Assembly (NCBI GenBank): GCA_965644295.1
Contig: CBFFRP010000092.1
Span: 47,572 to 111,571, forward strand
Reading direction: 5' to 3'
Length of the DNA stretch: 64,000 nucleotides
Origin: Paraphysomonas bandaiensis
Taxonomy: Eukaryota; Protista; Chrysophyceae
In this document: one piece after another, positions 49,071 to 62,149 of the stretch
How the letters are laid out: every line of letters starts with the position of its first letter
How positions within the stretch are numbered: position 1 is the first letter of the stretch
The notes under the pieces: model-generated
Database searches by the model: none
What the model was told of the DNA's origin: nothing
What the model saw: only the letters and a program-made list of their open reading frames with translations
Position numbers and translations under genes: made by a program

Positions 49071-52000
49071 CCACTCGCTCCGTTTTCCGGTGCCGCTGTT
49101 TTTTGAGGTGCCATTCTTTGGTGTGTTTTTTATCATCAGAATTGCAATCGGATCTTCATATAGATATACATGTATGTATATTCCTTTAAAATCATCATAT
49201 TTGTACACTCCTGTCATAATAAATACACCAATACATAAGAATGGATAGTTCCTGTGGTTAGTCACATCAACACTGATATCTGGTTGAAATATCAGATGAT
49301 GGGGAGTGAGAGGGATGTATTCCTGGTCCTCTGAACCTGGTGATGTACTCAGCGTTGTTGCCGCTTCCTGTAAGCTCATTGTTTGTATTTTTAGGGGAGA
49401 TAATCATTCAGCTGCTATGTAGACAATAGGGAGTCTTCCATGCGCAGACCTCACTTCATTATTAGTCTCATTTGTAGTGTATTTGCGGATATATATCGGA
49501 TCTATGCGATATATGGCTTCATTGTGTTTGTGTCATCTGCATTGAAGTGTAGGTATTTGAGTGGAAGAGTATATAAGTGTGTTATATTGTCTCTTGTTGC
49601 ATTCTGCTGCTTGTTTACATGATTATAGATGCTAGTGCTACACATAACCTCGTTATTATTACGTATTCTCGTTACAATATTTTAAGACTGTGTTTTCACG
49701 AATATTGAAGTCGTCATCTTATGGCATATCAGCATAGATTACCTATTCACCAGCTATACATGTATGTACTCAGTGTGTTCATGTTCATGCAACAGTTCAA
49801 GATCTAGATATGTGGTATATGTTCTGTGTCTTCGCTCTGTGTGCTTCATACAACATATATAGACCATGTATGTGGCATATGTTCTCTGTATGTGCTTCAT
49901 ACAACACATTGAGACCATATATGTGGTATATGATCTGTATGTTCGCTGTGCTGTGCTGTAAGTACACAGCACACAGAGACTGTGTATGTGAAATGTGCTC
50001 TGTATATTCACTCTGCGTGCTTCATACAACACGCAAGAACTATATATGTGGTATATGATCTGTATGTTCGCTGTGCTGTGCTGTAAGTACACAGCACACA
50101 GAGACTATCTGTATATTCACTCTGCGTGCTTCATACAACACGCAAGAACTATATATGTGGAATATGATGTGAATATATTACTCTGTGCTCTTCATGCAAC
50201 ATACAGGGACTATGTATGTGTTATATGGTGCGTAGTATCACACTTTGCCCCTCATACAACACGCAAAGACTATATATGTGGTATATGGTATATGCGTTCA
50301 CTCTGTGCGCACCATGCGACACGCAGGGACTATATAAGTATTGTATGATGTATGTATTATGTATTCACTATGTGCTCTTCATGCAATACACAAGGGCTAT
50401 TTGAGTGCTATATGATGTGTATTTTTGCACTCTGTGCTACATATAACACAGAGAGACTATTGAAGTGTTTTTTTAGTGATCTGTATGTTTACTATGTGCT
50501 CTTCGTACAGTACACAAGCACTCAATGTATGGTATATGACGTGTAGTTTCGCTCTCTATGCTTCGTATAGTAGCCGGGGATTATATCAGTGTTATATGAT
50601 GTATGTGTTTACTCTCTATGCTTCGTATATCGTGTATAGTATATAGCACATAGGGACTATGTAGGTAGTAGGCGCAGCACTTTGCAGTTGTATATAGCAC
50701 TGGGTTTATATGTTTACTCTGTAAACTCCGTCGAGTAGAATTTTAATAACAGTGGAAAATGACATTAAATTGTCATATTTTATTGTGTAGTATTAGTACT
50801 TAGAGTGCTACTGCCAACTGTACACGATGGGATAGGAAGCCAGATTAGTACAATAGTAAAGTACTTATGTAAATAGTAAACCCTTAAAGCAAAAAATACG
50901 TTATCTATTAAAAACTAAAAACAAGCGTGCACTGTGGATTACAGTGTTCAAATTAAAAAATCAGCAACATCAAACTTAACCATACGCTATGCTAGCTACA
51001 ACCATATGCTACGCTACTTCCATCGCCCCATTGTCATCAAGTGTTCTTAGGGCCTCGATTGCTTTATCAAGTCTGTACTGACGCTTCTCGGCGATGGACA
51101 TTCCTCGTAACAATACTTTTTCTTCGTCTCTCTTTTCTTTGGCCTCAGCCTTGGCTGTCAGCCTATCCAAGCTATATCCCTATGTACTATATACTATACA
51201 CGATATACGAAGCATAGAGAGTAAACACATACATCATATAACACTGATATAATCCCCGGCTACTATACGAAGCATAGAGAGCGAAACTACACGTCATATA
51301 CCATACATTGAGTGCTTGTGTACTGTACGAAGAGCACATAGTAAACATACAGATCACTAAAAAAACACTTCAATAGTCTCTCTGTGTTATATGTAGCACA
51401 GAGTGCAAAAATACACATCATATAGCACTCAAATAGCCCTTGTGTATTGCATGAAGAGCACATAGTGAATACATAATACATACATCATACAATACTTATA
51501 TAGTCCCTGCGTGTCGCATGGTGCGCACAGAGTGAACGCATATACCATATACCACATATATAGTCTTTGCGTGTTGTATGAGGGGCAAAGTGTGATACTA
51601 CGCACCATATAACACATACATAGTCCCTGTATGTTGCATGAAGAGCACAGAGTAATATATTCACATCATATTCCACATATATAGTTCTTGCGTGTTGTAT
51701 GAAGCACGCAGAGTGAATATACAGATAGTCTCTGTGTGCTGTGTACTTACAGCACAGCACAGCGAACATACAGATCATATACCACATATATAGTTCTTGC
51801 GTGTTGTATGAAGCACGCAGAGTGAATATACAGAGCACATTTCACATACACAGTCTCTGTGTGCTGTGTACTTACAGCACAGCACAGCGAACATACAGAT
51901 CATATACCACATATATGGTCTCAATGTGTTGTATGAAGCACATACAGAGAACATATGCCACATACATGGTCTATATATGTTGTATGAAGCACACAGAGCG

Positions 52001-52762
52001 AAGACACAGAACATATACCACATATCTAGATCTTGAACTGTTGCATGAACATGAACACACTGAGTACATACATGTATAGCTGGTGAATAGGTAATCTATG
52101 CTGATATGCCATAAGATGACGACTTCAATATTCGTGAAAACACAGTCTTAAAATATTGTAACGAGAATACGTAATAATAACGAGGTTATGTGTAGCACTA
52201 GCATCTATAATCATGTAAACAAGCAGCAGAATGCAACAAGAGACAATATAACACACTTATATACTCTTCCACTCAAATACCTACACTTCAATGCAGATGA
52301 CACAAACACAATGAAGCCATATATCGCATAGATCCGATATATATCCGCAAATACACTACAAATGAGACTAATAATGAAGTGAGGTCTGCGCATGGAAGAC
52401 TCCCTATTGTCTACATAGCAGCTGAATGATTATCTCCCCTAAAAATACAAACAATGAGCTTACAGGAAGCGGCAACAACGCTGAGTACATCACCAGGTTC
52501 AGAGGACCAGGAATACATCCCTCTCACTCCCCATCATCTGATATTTCAACCAGATATCAGTGTTGATGTGACTAACCACAGGAACTATCCATTCTTATGT
52601 ATTGGTGTATTTATTATGACAGGAGTGTACAAATATGATGATTTTAAAGGAATATACATACATGTATATCTATATGAAGATCCGATTGCAATTCTGATGA
52701 TAAAAAACACACCAAAGAATGGCACCTCAAAAAACAGCGGCACCGGAAAACGGAGCGAGTGG
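49071..52762. mobile_element. foldback-type element with 1586-bp terminal inverted repeats
   Basis: 49071-50656 is the reverse complement of 51177-52762 (mirror ORFs; one mismatch seen near the inner end). 520-bp spacer; CC...GG ends; flanking TACA at 49067-49070 and 52763-52766. Confidence 0.9.
49805..50656. repeat. ~60-bp minisatellite within the foldback arm (mirrored at 51177-52028)
   Basis: About 14 degenerate units of the form ATATGTGGTATATG...TTCRCTCTGYGTGCTTCATACAACAC...GACT. Confidence 0.85.
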
Positions 52763-53044
52763 TACAGCTGTTGATGTCTCTGTATGTATACCATATGCAG
52801 ATATGACAGAAAATTTTCAAGAAGAAGGAAGGAAGGAAGTTGTTCTTTCTGTGAAATACAGAGCGTATATTGAGATATACAGTCCGAAGTAGAATACATC
52901 ATGTATTACAGCATAGTATATATGTACAGATGTACGCGTACAGCAGTATAGTATATATGTACACTACTACGAGTATATGGAAGATACTGTAGCTACGATG
53001 TGTTGGAGCGACTCTAGATCTCTATATACTGATCATTCATGTCC

Positions 53045-53154
53045 CAGGTCTTGACTTACTTGTGCGCAGGTCTTGACTTACTTGTACGCAGGTCTTCACT
53101 TACTTGTACACAGGTCTTCACTTACTTGTACGCCGGTCTTCACTTACTTGTACA
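53045..53154. repeat. 22-bp tandem repeat x5
   Basis: Unit CAGGTCTT(G/C)ACTTACTTGT(G/A)C(G/A), followed by the hairpin GGGTCTT-AA-AAGACCC. Confidence 0.95.
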
Positions 53155-53306
53155 CTAAGGGTCTTAAAAGACCCCTTCCATATAGATAACTCTATACATA
53201 ATATACCAAAGTAGACATAGGATTGTTTATCTATTATCATCATTACTAATGAAACATAAGACTGATAGAGATAATCACAGTATATATGATTATATACATA
53301 TAAGCA

Positions 53307-55563
53307 ATGAGTGGACACACCTCATATGAACAAAAACAACTTCATTCTATTTATAATATTAAGAAATTACCAAAAAAACAACAGAATAATACCTCCGAAA
53401 GGCTTTATTTAGAGAATATTCATAATAAGCGGCGCAATCGGGATGTCACTCGCTCTACACAGAAGTATCATACATACAAGAAAAGGGATACATCAACTGT
53501 CCCTCATGTGATTCATACGAATAAATCAACTTTAACTACACCAAACTTGTTGACAAATCGATTGTGTAGTGAAAGTAGCAGTTCTTCAGCGGGCAGGAAG
53601 TGTGTACGTCGTCAGACCAGCAAGGATGACATTGGTATTGGCCGTAGAAGCAAAGATGTCGACGAAACAGCTAGACTCACTCTTCCGCCGGTACAACATT
53701 ACTTGCAGGAGAATGATTCAATGGAGCCGAAGGAGTCGCCTAAAGGAATTGAGGAAGGGCCTTTCTCTTGGAGTGCTGTCGGAAGACCCTTATCATGCCA
53801 TCCTGTTTCTTCTGGTAAAACTGCAGCGAAACTACGGGAGACGTATCATGAGCTTGAGACATCGGAGATCCAGAGGAAAGAGGTGTGCTTAAAAGATATT
53901 GAATGGATAGATACATCATGTACTGAACATGGCGATGCTCAGAGTGACGGCTTGTCTAAATGCGAATCAGGGTCTCATGGTCCAGCGTGTTGTGAAGATG
54001 AGTCTATAGATCACCACCTTAGGGTGCACGGCTGCCGTAGTAGCACTGACAGTTCAGAATATGCTACTGTAGGCCGTACTCATTCTCGACTTCTTGAAGC
54101 TCGTCAGGAAGCAATGCAGCATCGACTACTCAGACGAGAGTACAGCAGGGACGACACTAGTGTGCACTACTCATCGATGGCACGTTGTGATGCTAACTCT
54201 CCAGCCTTGTCTTCTACAGAAGATATACAAGCTACTTTGAACTGTGATAGATCAATGCTGAAACCCTGCACCGGTGAAAGCTCCGGAAAAAATTATGAAA
54301 TCGATTGCAAGTTATCGCGTAAAGGACCATGTGCTGATCAGATTATAGGTAGCAGCTCTACTGCTTCGAAAAATAACGATGTATACCATAGTTTTGTTGG
54401 AAAAAGAGATTCGATGCTTAGCCGAAGTGCGAGTTTTAATTACAATACTGAGAGTAAGAATTGTGGTGAAGAACATATCACTCCGTCACCCACTACTTCC
54501 AACCAGCTCGATTCAACAAAGAGTACTCCATTTTATTGTTCCACCTCATCTACCTTTTCATCCCATCACGTACTTAGTGAAGACAGAGTTTTTCATCGGG
54601 GGTATATAGCAGCCCATCTTGAGATATTTTATAGTCCCAAGTGTGACTGCTTCGAAGTTATATGCTATGATGTTGAAAGACAGGAAGAGCTGCCAAGGCT
54701 TTACGTTTCTGTCTCAGTTGTCCATACTATCAATGAGCAGGGATTGGTATCTCTACCTATGGATCTCAGAATGATACGAAAAGAGCGTCTTGAAAGCGGA
54801 AAATTAAAAAAAGCCGCGGAGTACGTCTTCCAACACTTGGGCTCGGAAGTGGATAAGAGAATAAATAGCAGATACCTTGTTTTTCGTCGTTACAGTTGCG
54901 TCACAGGCACGTCTGTGCGCCTTGATATTTCTCGACCACAAGACATGGAGCCTGCTCACATTGATCCTGCTACTCTGTGAGTACCACAGGATGATTTTTG
55001 TATTACTGATGGTTTTTGTTTTTCATACATATAGGAAACGACTGCAATTCCGCTCAGGTATGGCACTTCCAATGTGCGAAGAGATCGAAGATGCGCTGAC
55101 TGCGGCCAAGTCATTCACCAACAGTGCTAGTGCATCAGTTCGAGAGTCGGATATTGTTATCGATAAGTTTTCGCGGGCTCGCTGGAGATGGATATGGGCA
55201 GTAAATCGCATTGTCACTTCAAGTCGTATGGCTGGAATGAAAGCTGGAATAATGCGAGGATTCGTTGTCAACAAAGTGTCAGCACAGCGCGGGAGACTTA
55301 GTGTTGTGGCAATGGATCTTGATGCCATAAAAAGTTTGGTTTCTAGAAACAGCAGACCTAGAAGCATTGAGCCTCTCAAGAAGCGTCATGAATTCAGGCG
55401 ATATGCATGTGAGAACAATGTGTTTCTAGTACCGAATTCGACATATATCCGGGCTAAAGAATTTATTTGTAACATGAAGACTGATACCTCTTGGACAGGT
55501 AGATCTAGTGAAAATCGGGGCGTCACCGAAGGGGTACCTGCAAGGACTAGATTTGACTGCTGA
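53307..55563 (+). CDS. hypothetical protein, 2 exons
   Basis: 557-aa ORF joined through a GTGAGT...ATAG intron (about 54977-55033) to the 54877-55563 frame. Low-complexity N-terminal half, globular-looking C-terminal half. Confidence 0.75.
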
Positions 55564-55817
55564 CTAACCGTGTATGGTGACAAAATCAGAACAAATATGT
55601 CTACCTTATTATTATTAGTATGAATGTTTTCGTTGTTTTGTTTACTACTGTTGAATATGCACCACAGCATATACGTGTCATCACAGTCGATGTTTCACCA
55701 CACCACAAGATAATGTAAAAGCTCTAACCAAAGAGGACCCACTGTCGTCTTGTGCGTACGTTTTCAGAATGAGAGTGCATTCAGTATCGAATGTATCATT
55801 ATGTTTATGCCACACAT

Positions 55818-56186
55818 CAGGGCCTGGTAACCATTAATGGTAATGGCATTAATGGGCCATTAATGGTAATGCCATTATAATTGCCGGGGCATTTTTAATT
55901 AATGCCATTACATGTTGTGGGATGTCTATACCCTCCATGAAGCCCTGTAAGAAGATCCTGATGTGCCAGTAGAGAGCGAGAAGTAGTTAAAATTTGTAGT
56001 CTGATATTTAACTAAAAATTAGTAATTTAGGGAGCACAACACTATCTATTATATGAGTGGTGCTATCTACTTTAAGTTAGTAGGTATTAATGGCCATTAT
56101 AATTGCCGGGACATTTTTCATTAATGCCATTATAATTGCCGGGAACTGGGCAACCATAATGGGCCATTCATGGTTATCGGGCCCTA
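55818..56186. mobile_element. hAT-type MITE
   Basis: TIR (C/T)AGGGCCYGRTAACCATKAATGG; 8-bp flanks CCACACAT and ACACACAT (7/8 match); three internal GCCATTATAATTGCCGGG repeats. Confidence 0.75.
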
Positions 56187-56302
56187 ACACACATAGATCA
56201 AACTATAATATATGAATACGCAAACATGCATCACACTTGTAATATCACAACCATTTAACACCGCATACTACAAGTATATTCCCACCACACCATACAAAAC
56301 AA

Positions 56303-57742
56303 TTAAGAAGCCACTATCACTTCCAAATCTTCCTCATTAAACACTGAAACTAAGCTACTGCACGAAGAATTATTAACTTGTCCCTGGTATTCGCCTACTT
56401 TCCATTCACCCTTCAGTTTCACGCCGTCATCATTAAGCACCTTGCCTTGGCCATGTTGTTTGTTCTTCCGCCAACCCCCAATATATACAGTGCCATCTGC
56501 ATAGATATGCGTTAATAATTAATACACCAGAAATACTCCATATCACCAGAAAATTTGTAAACACCAGAGCCATGTCTTTTGCTGTACAGGAATTCCCCTT
56601 CATATTCTTCTCCTGAGGAATAGACGTATCGACCGCGTCCACTTTTCTCTCCATCTCGCCAAGTACCTTCGTATGCACCACCTCCAGCCAGAATGTGCTT
56701 CCCCTTGCCATGCATCTTGTCATCCTTCCACTCCCCTTCGTAAACATCCCCCAGTCCACACACAAACTTCCCTTCCCCGTGTCTCAATCCTTCTAACATC
56801 TCTCCATCATAAACTCCTCCCGAAAGACCGTATGAGTACCTTCCAGTGCCAGTTATTTGCCCATCAGTCACAGTTCCCTCGTATACATCGCCGGAAGAGG
56901 CAAATGATATTCTACAGCCTTCCCCGTGCAACACCCCCTCTACCCAGGTCCCATCATATACGTCACCTGAAGAACAACGCAACACACCATTTCCGTGGTA
57001 CTTTCCACATTTAAACTCGCCCTCGTAAACGTCGCCACCACATCTCCGCAGTCTTCCCTTTCCCCACATCATTCCTCTTTGACATCCTCCCTCATATAGA
57101 GACCCATCAGCAAAAGAAATCGTACAATATTCACCATTCAGTTCGCCATCCCGCCAGATACCCTCTCTAACTTCCCCACCCACAGACAATAGCTGGCCAG
57201 GGCCAAACATTTTCCCTTCAACCCATCCACCCGTATATTGAGTACCATCCGCAAAAGTCATTATTCCAAACCCATGTTTCTCTCCTTCTCTAAAATCCCC
57301 TTCATATACACTACCATCAGTACATACATATCTTCCACGACCATGTATAAGCCCATCAGCATATTCCCCATGATAATAATCACCCTATGAAACCACTGTT
57401 CATTCATCATATAATCTAGTGTATAACATATCACCTGTGATGATATATATTCACCTTCTCCATACTCTTTATCATATTTATAATACCCTTCATATATATC
57501 GCCATGAGCATATACTAAACGCCCTGTTTATACATCAAAATCATGTCTATCATCCAGATATCAATACCTTTTCCATGTCGTAACCCACGTGACCATTTTC
57601 CAGTATATTGATCACCATTAGGATATATATAAGTCCCATGACCATTCTTTTCACCTACTATGTTTCTATATCCTTTATATTGCCTATATTTAGGTGATGG
57701 AAATGATATACTCAATATATGTATGGATATTTTCTGTCCCAT
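56303..57742 (-). CDS. MORN-repeat protein, multi-exon
   Basis: Many YEGEWKDDKMHGKG-type repeats; short GT-AG introns; last exon ends EDLEVIVAS*. Confidence 0.9.
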
Positions 57743-59418
57743 TAATATACGAAGAATTTCTATTGTTACAAATGAGCCAATAATAAAGTTATTAACATAT
57801 TTGATTCGTTAGAATTTATAGGAAGTATGTAATAATGAAAGATGAAGTGTGTTGGATTTGGTTGATTAAAGTGCAATGAAGTCAAACAGTTTCTATACTA
57901 GACATGTCCATACTTCTATATAACGACACAACCCATAGGACTGTGTTTCAATATGGCCTAAACTCTTTTTGTAAGACAGAAAAATGCCGAATTTTAGGGT
58001 TTAAAACCCGAAAAACATGTTTTTTCTACTCTACATCTTGGGGTTTGTACATTCACATCCTCGTCTATTCTTTGATCTGTATATAGATAGATACGTACAT
58101 TCATGGCTGATACTTCTTTAAATAGGGATGACTGCCACTCATATACCATATACTGTATATAGTTGATGAAGATAGTTATAGTAGTCTAAGATATCTAAAG
58201 AATGAATGAATGATATTTACAAAGATAGTCAACGAGAATGAGACTCATAGAGGGAGAAAACTAACTGGGAGACAAGTGCAGAAGATAAGCAGCCCTGTAT
58301 ATATACATATGTATGTATACATCCGTTGTTGCACGAATCAGTATGCTTAGGGTTAGCCAGTCAAACAGTTTTTTGTGCTATTGTTCGTTCAAACTTAAAT
58401 ATATTGCAAGCATTACACTTGCTACCTAAAAATGAATATATTTAAACATAAAGTATAATAAATATAAATAGTCCCTTGTGCTCGCTAGAAACTGTTGCTG
58501 CCATATAATTTTGACGAATAATTCTAACATACAAAGGTTTAAGTATGTGTAATTAACAGAAACAAATTTCATATCATTGCGGTGGTCTACAACAGTCATA
58601 CTACATTACACTTGTTACATGATGCAGTATATATGTATAGAAAAGTATAATATACAATATACATCATTACGCACAGTTATAGTTTACTTTATAATATTTC
58701 ATGCAAATGTGGCATACGTAGCGATGATTTCATTATGTAATATAGTAATCAAAAAGTAATATCATCGAGGCGTTCTACAGCATACACCACATTAATTATA
58801 TTATGCTATACACACACAATAGCAACTTCGTCTTACAACTTACTACAAGGGAAAGAAGCTACGTATGTTCGCTTCAAATTCTTTCTGCTATAGCGTAATT
58901 ATATACATACAATGCCACCTATCTTGTGCTCTTATCGCCCAGTGTGTTTGCAAATTTCTCTTTGAATATCTTTGCATATATCATAGTTCTCTTGGACTGC
59001 TGCAGAAGAACTTCATATGATTGTCATGAACATTTTTGTATGATTGTATCCCAACTTTTGTCAATATATTTGAATACTGAATTATTATACTTGTGGTAGC
59101 ACAGTATTGACTGAATTACGTTTAGAGAGATATAGTGAAATAATTATCATGTTGTAGCACTGTGATTGAGCAACTACGTCAATCACCAACAATCTGTTCT
59201 ATGAATCGTAATCTTTAACAGCTGCTATATTTCAGTTTCTTTGTATACCCATGAGTTAATCAGCAAATTTTATTCACGAAATACAAAGTTATACAAAATA
59301 CATAGTTATTAATATAGTACTACTTCTATAGCTGCCAATGTATATTCTGTACTACTGAAAACTGCAACTATGTTAACAAACTAAATAAATTAGAATTCGC
59401 TATTATGTTTAAAAAAGT

Positions 59419-62149
59419 CTACAAGTTCTCCGATTCATTAGAATCGAGATCCAACGCTAATATGATAAGGTGTGTACTTGCTGACCACTTGATACGCTTG
59501 CTTTTATCGACAGGATTGATAACCACATTCTCTCGAATCTGCGCAAGTAATTAGTTTTTTTGCAACCGCGTCACAGAAGTCATAAGGTACCTTGTAACCA
59601 ACAGTCAAGTGATTAACTGACTTTGCTAAAGCAATTAATTCATAGAACGAAGCCTCTGTTTGCTTCTTCAAATATGTGCTCAGTGGTACGAGGTATCTGC
59701 CAATCAAATTGTTACCCAAATTCCTGACAAAAAGATATGTATTACATCTCGTTTCCATCGCTTGAGAGCAACTCCTTGAGTATATGGTTCACTTCACGCT
59801 GCTCTGACACCATCGCGATAGCCATACTCAACTAAGACAACGTAAATTACGATATAACAGTACACACATACTTACAAGCTCATTGGAAGTAACGTAGTCA
59901 GTAACAGAGGCCACTGATATGAGCGGCTTGGTCCTGACATCAAGTATCTCGCTGATAACAGCCGCAGTACTACCACTTTCAAATTCATCTTCTTCCTCGC
60001 TGTCGCTCTCCTCTGCCGTTTCAGGGCTGTCATGCGATCTGCGCATATCTTCAACGAGAGGAGATAGAGAGCGTATCGTGTTTTTCTGCTCTGTCGCGAA
60101 GTTATCATCAAATATCGATAACCTTCCCTTCACACGCGTGTTGACGTTGCGCTTCTGTTGAATGTCGCGAATGAGAAGAAGAGAAGTCAGTGACCGCGTA
60201 TCGGCGTACATCATGTCGTGGCTAACATCCCCCTCGAAGTCTTCGTCGGCCAGAATTAGAATAGAGTCATACTCCTCCAACGGCAAAGCCTCAAGATCTT
60301 GACGGTAAGTCGGGTTTCCACATATGTGTATCAGGTTTAGATTCTCCTGTACATTCCGCCGTCCCCCCTTGACAAGACGCTCTTGTCTAGTAGCGAGATC
60401 CAGCTGGTTGAAAAGAGTCAGCTCAGACCCTTTGCAAACATACGAATCGAGTTCTGAAATCATATCTTCGATATCCCGGCGCCATCCAACGAAGAGCATC
60501 CTCTCGGGACGGTATACCCGACTCTTGTAGGGTACCTGCATTTTGCTCAGTTCATGTTCCCAGTCCTCGACGAACAAAGGTTCTTCCACAGGAGCATAAG
60601 TGTCATCATCCTCCGCAATAACCACAATGCGATCCCCCTCCTGGATCACCTCACTTACAGGCGGATTGAGTAATGTATCTGCTTTTCCCCCAGTTGAGCT
60701 GCCTCTAATGATACCTACAACAATTGCATCCGTGAAGCGGTACATGATATCTCCAAAAGTTCGTCCTGCCATTTCAGGCCATTCTTGAATATAAAACTCG
60801 CACCCATCAAACCCAAGTAGCTGCTCAAGAACCTGTGCTAGACCACGTTCTCTTGCACACTGAATCATCAGTCGACCAATTACATCATGGCTGACAAATG
60901 TCTCAAGTGACTCTTTTCCAACTATCCTCACCAAGTTTTCATTATCCACATCGAGCACCTCCGCAACTATATGCCCTTCAGCGGGAGCGCCCATACCCCT
61001 AAGACTGAGAACTGTACGAACAGTATTTATGTCCGTCATATCCGGTGTCGTGCATGAGTTCTTATCTGCAAGCACCACCACGGCGCGAGCCGTCATGGCG
61101 CTCACTTTTCTCAAGTCGCTCTGCAAGTGCGGAACGCCGGTTCGTACTATGACATCTGGTATACAATGAGTGAGATACAATATTCGAAATGCTATCACAC
61201 AATGAAGACAACAAGATGGCGACCGACTGAATATGATAACCTCACCTGATCCTCGTAGGTTCAATTCAGCTGCATGTATGGCTTCTTCCAGTTCAAGCTT
61301 CGGACATTGTGTAAGAACAACAATCGCTCCCCCACCAGCGCTCTCGTTAGCCAGGGCAAGCTGCTGAATGATCGGAATCAACATATCACCCTGCCTCACG
61401 ACATCAAAACCCATGCTTTAAAAAAGAAAAACACCACGTACCTGCCCCAATATAAGTGTATGCTTTGATACTATCACTCTACTCCTTCCCTTTCTCAAGT
61501 TATCCACAAAGCTTGAAATGTCCTCTGTTATCATTCCGATAACCATTGCAAAGATAACCATACCACCAAGCGTCATCATCAGACTTACTATCCTCTGCAG
61601 CATCCCGTCGTTTTCCGCATGTGTGCCCGGATCAGCTACAAACGTCCACACCGCCCAGAACGATTCAAATAAGGAATCATCCGTCACAATCCACCATAGT
61701 ACTCCGCCAACAAATATTAGAAACAACGTTGCAGTCAACAGTGCTACTGGTTTGAACTTATCGTTATGAGAGTATAAGTAATCTAGCCGGGAGAAGAAGT
61801 ATTCCGAAACATTTACTTCGTCTGTGAACTCTTTGCTTTTCTTGGTTTCATGATACATGCGAAGCTCCTTGGTCCAAAATGCCGATGTTTTCACAGAAAT
61901 AAATCCAAACAATAAAACAAAGAAAAGACGAAATACTAAAGTTACAATAAAACTGCTTTGAGATGAGGGAACCTCCTCAGATACCACACAATTTTGAGAT
62001 CTATTTGATGGGGTCCCAAATACAACAAAAAAGAGAATAACAGATAAAAGAACTGAAAGGGCTTTATATCTTTCTTCTTTATTGTCTGGATTTTTGAGTT
62101 TAGTAACTGTTAAAGACATAAGTTCGAGGACCTCATCGATATTAACCAT
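59419..62149 (-). CDS. CASTOR/POLLUX/DMI1-like cation channel, multi-exon
   Basis: TM segments with pore WTFVADPGTH, then LRKGRSRVIVSKHTLILG and tandem RCK-like domains (DLRKVSAMTARAVVVLA, GRLMIQCARERGLAQV, LLGFDGCEFY, GWRRDIEDMI, SLTSLLLIRDIQ, DYVTSNELVSM). Confidence 0.9.

Noticed and set aside
49754-52079. Mirror-image Cys/Tyr-rich ORFs; possible CRISPR-like array
   Set aside because: They are products of the minisatellite in the inverted arms. The units are contiguous and degenerate with no unique spacers, and there are no cas genes in this eukaryotic context.
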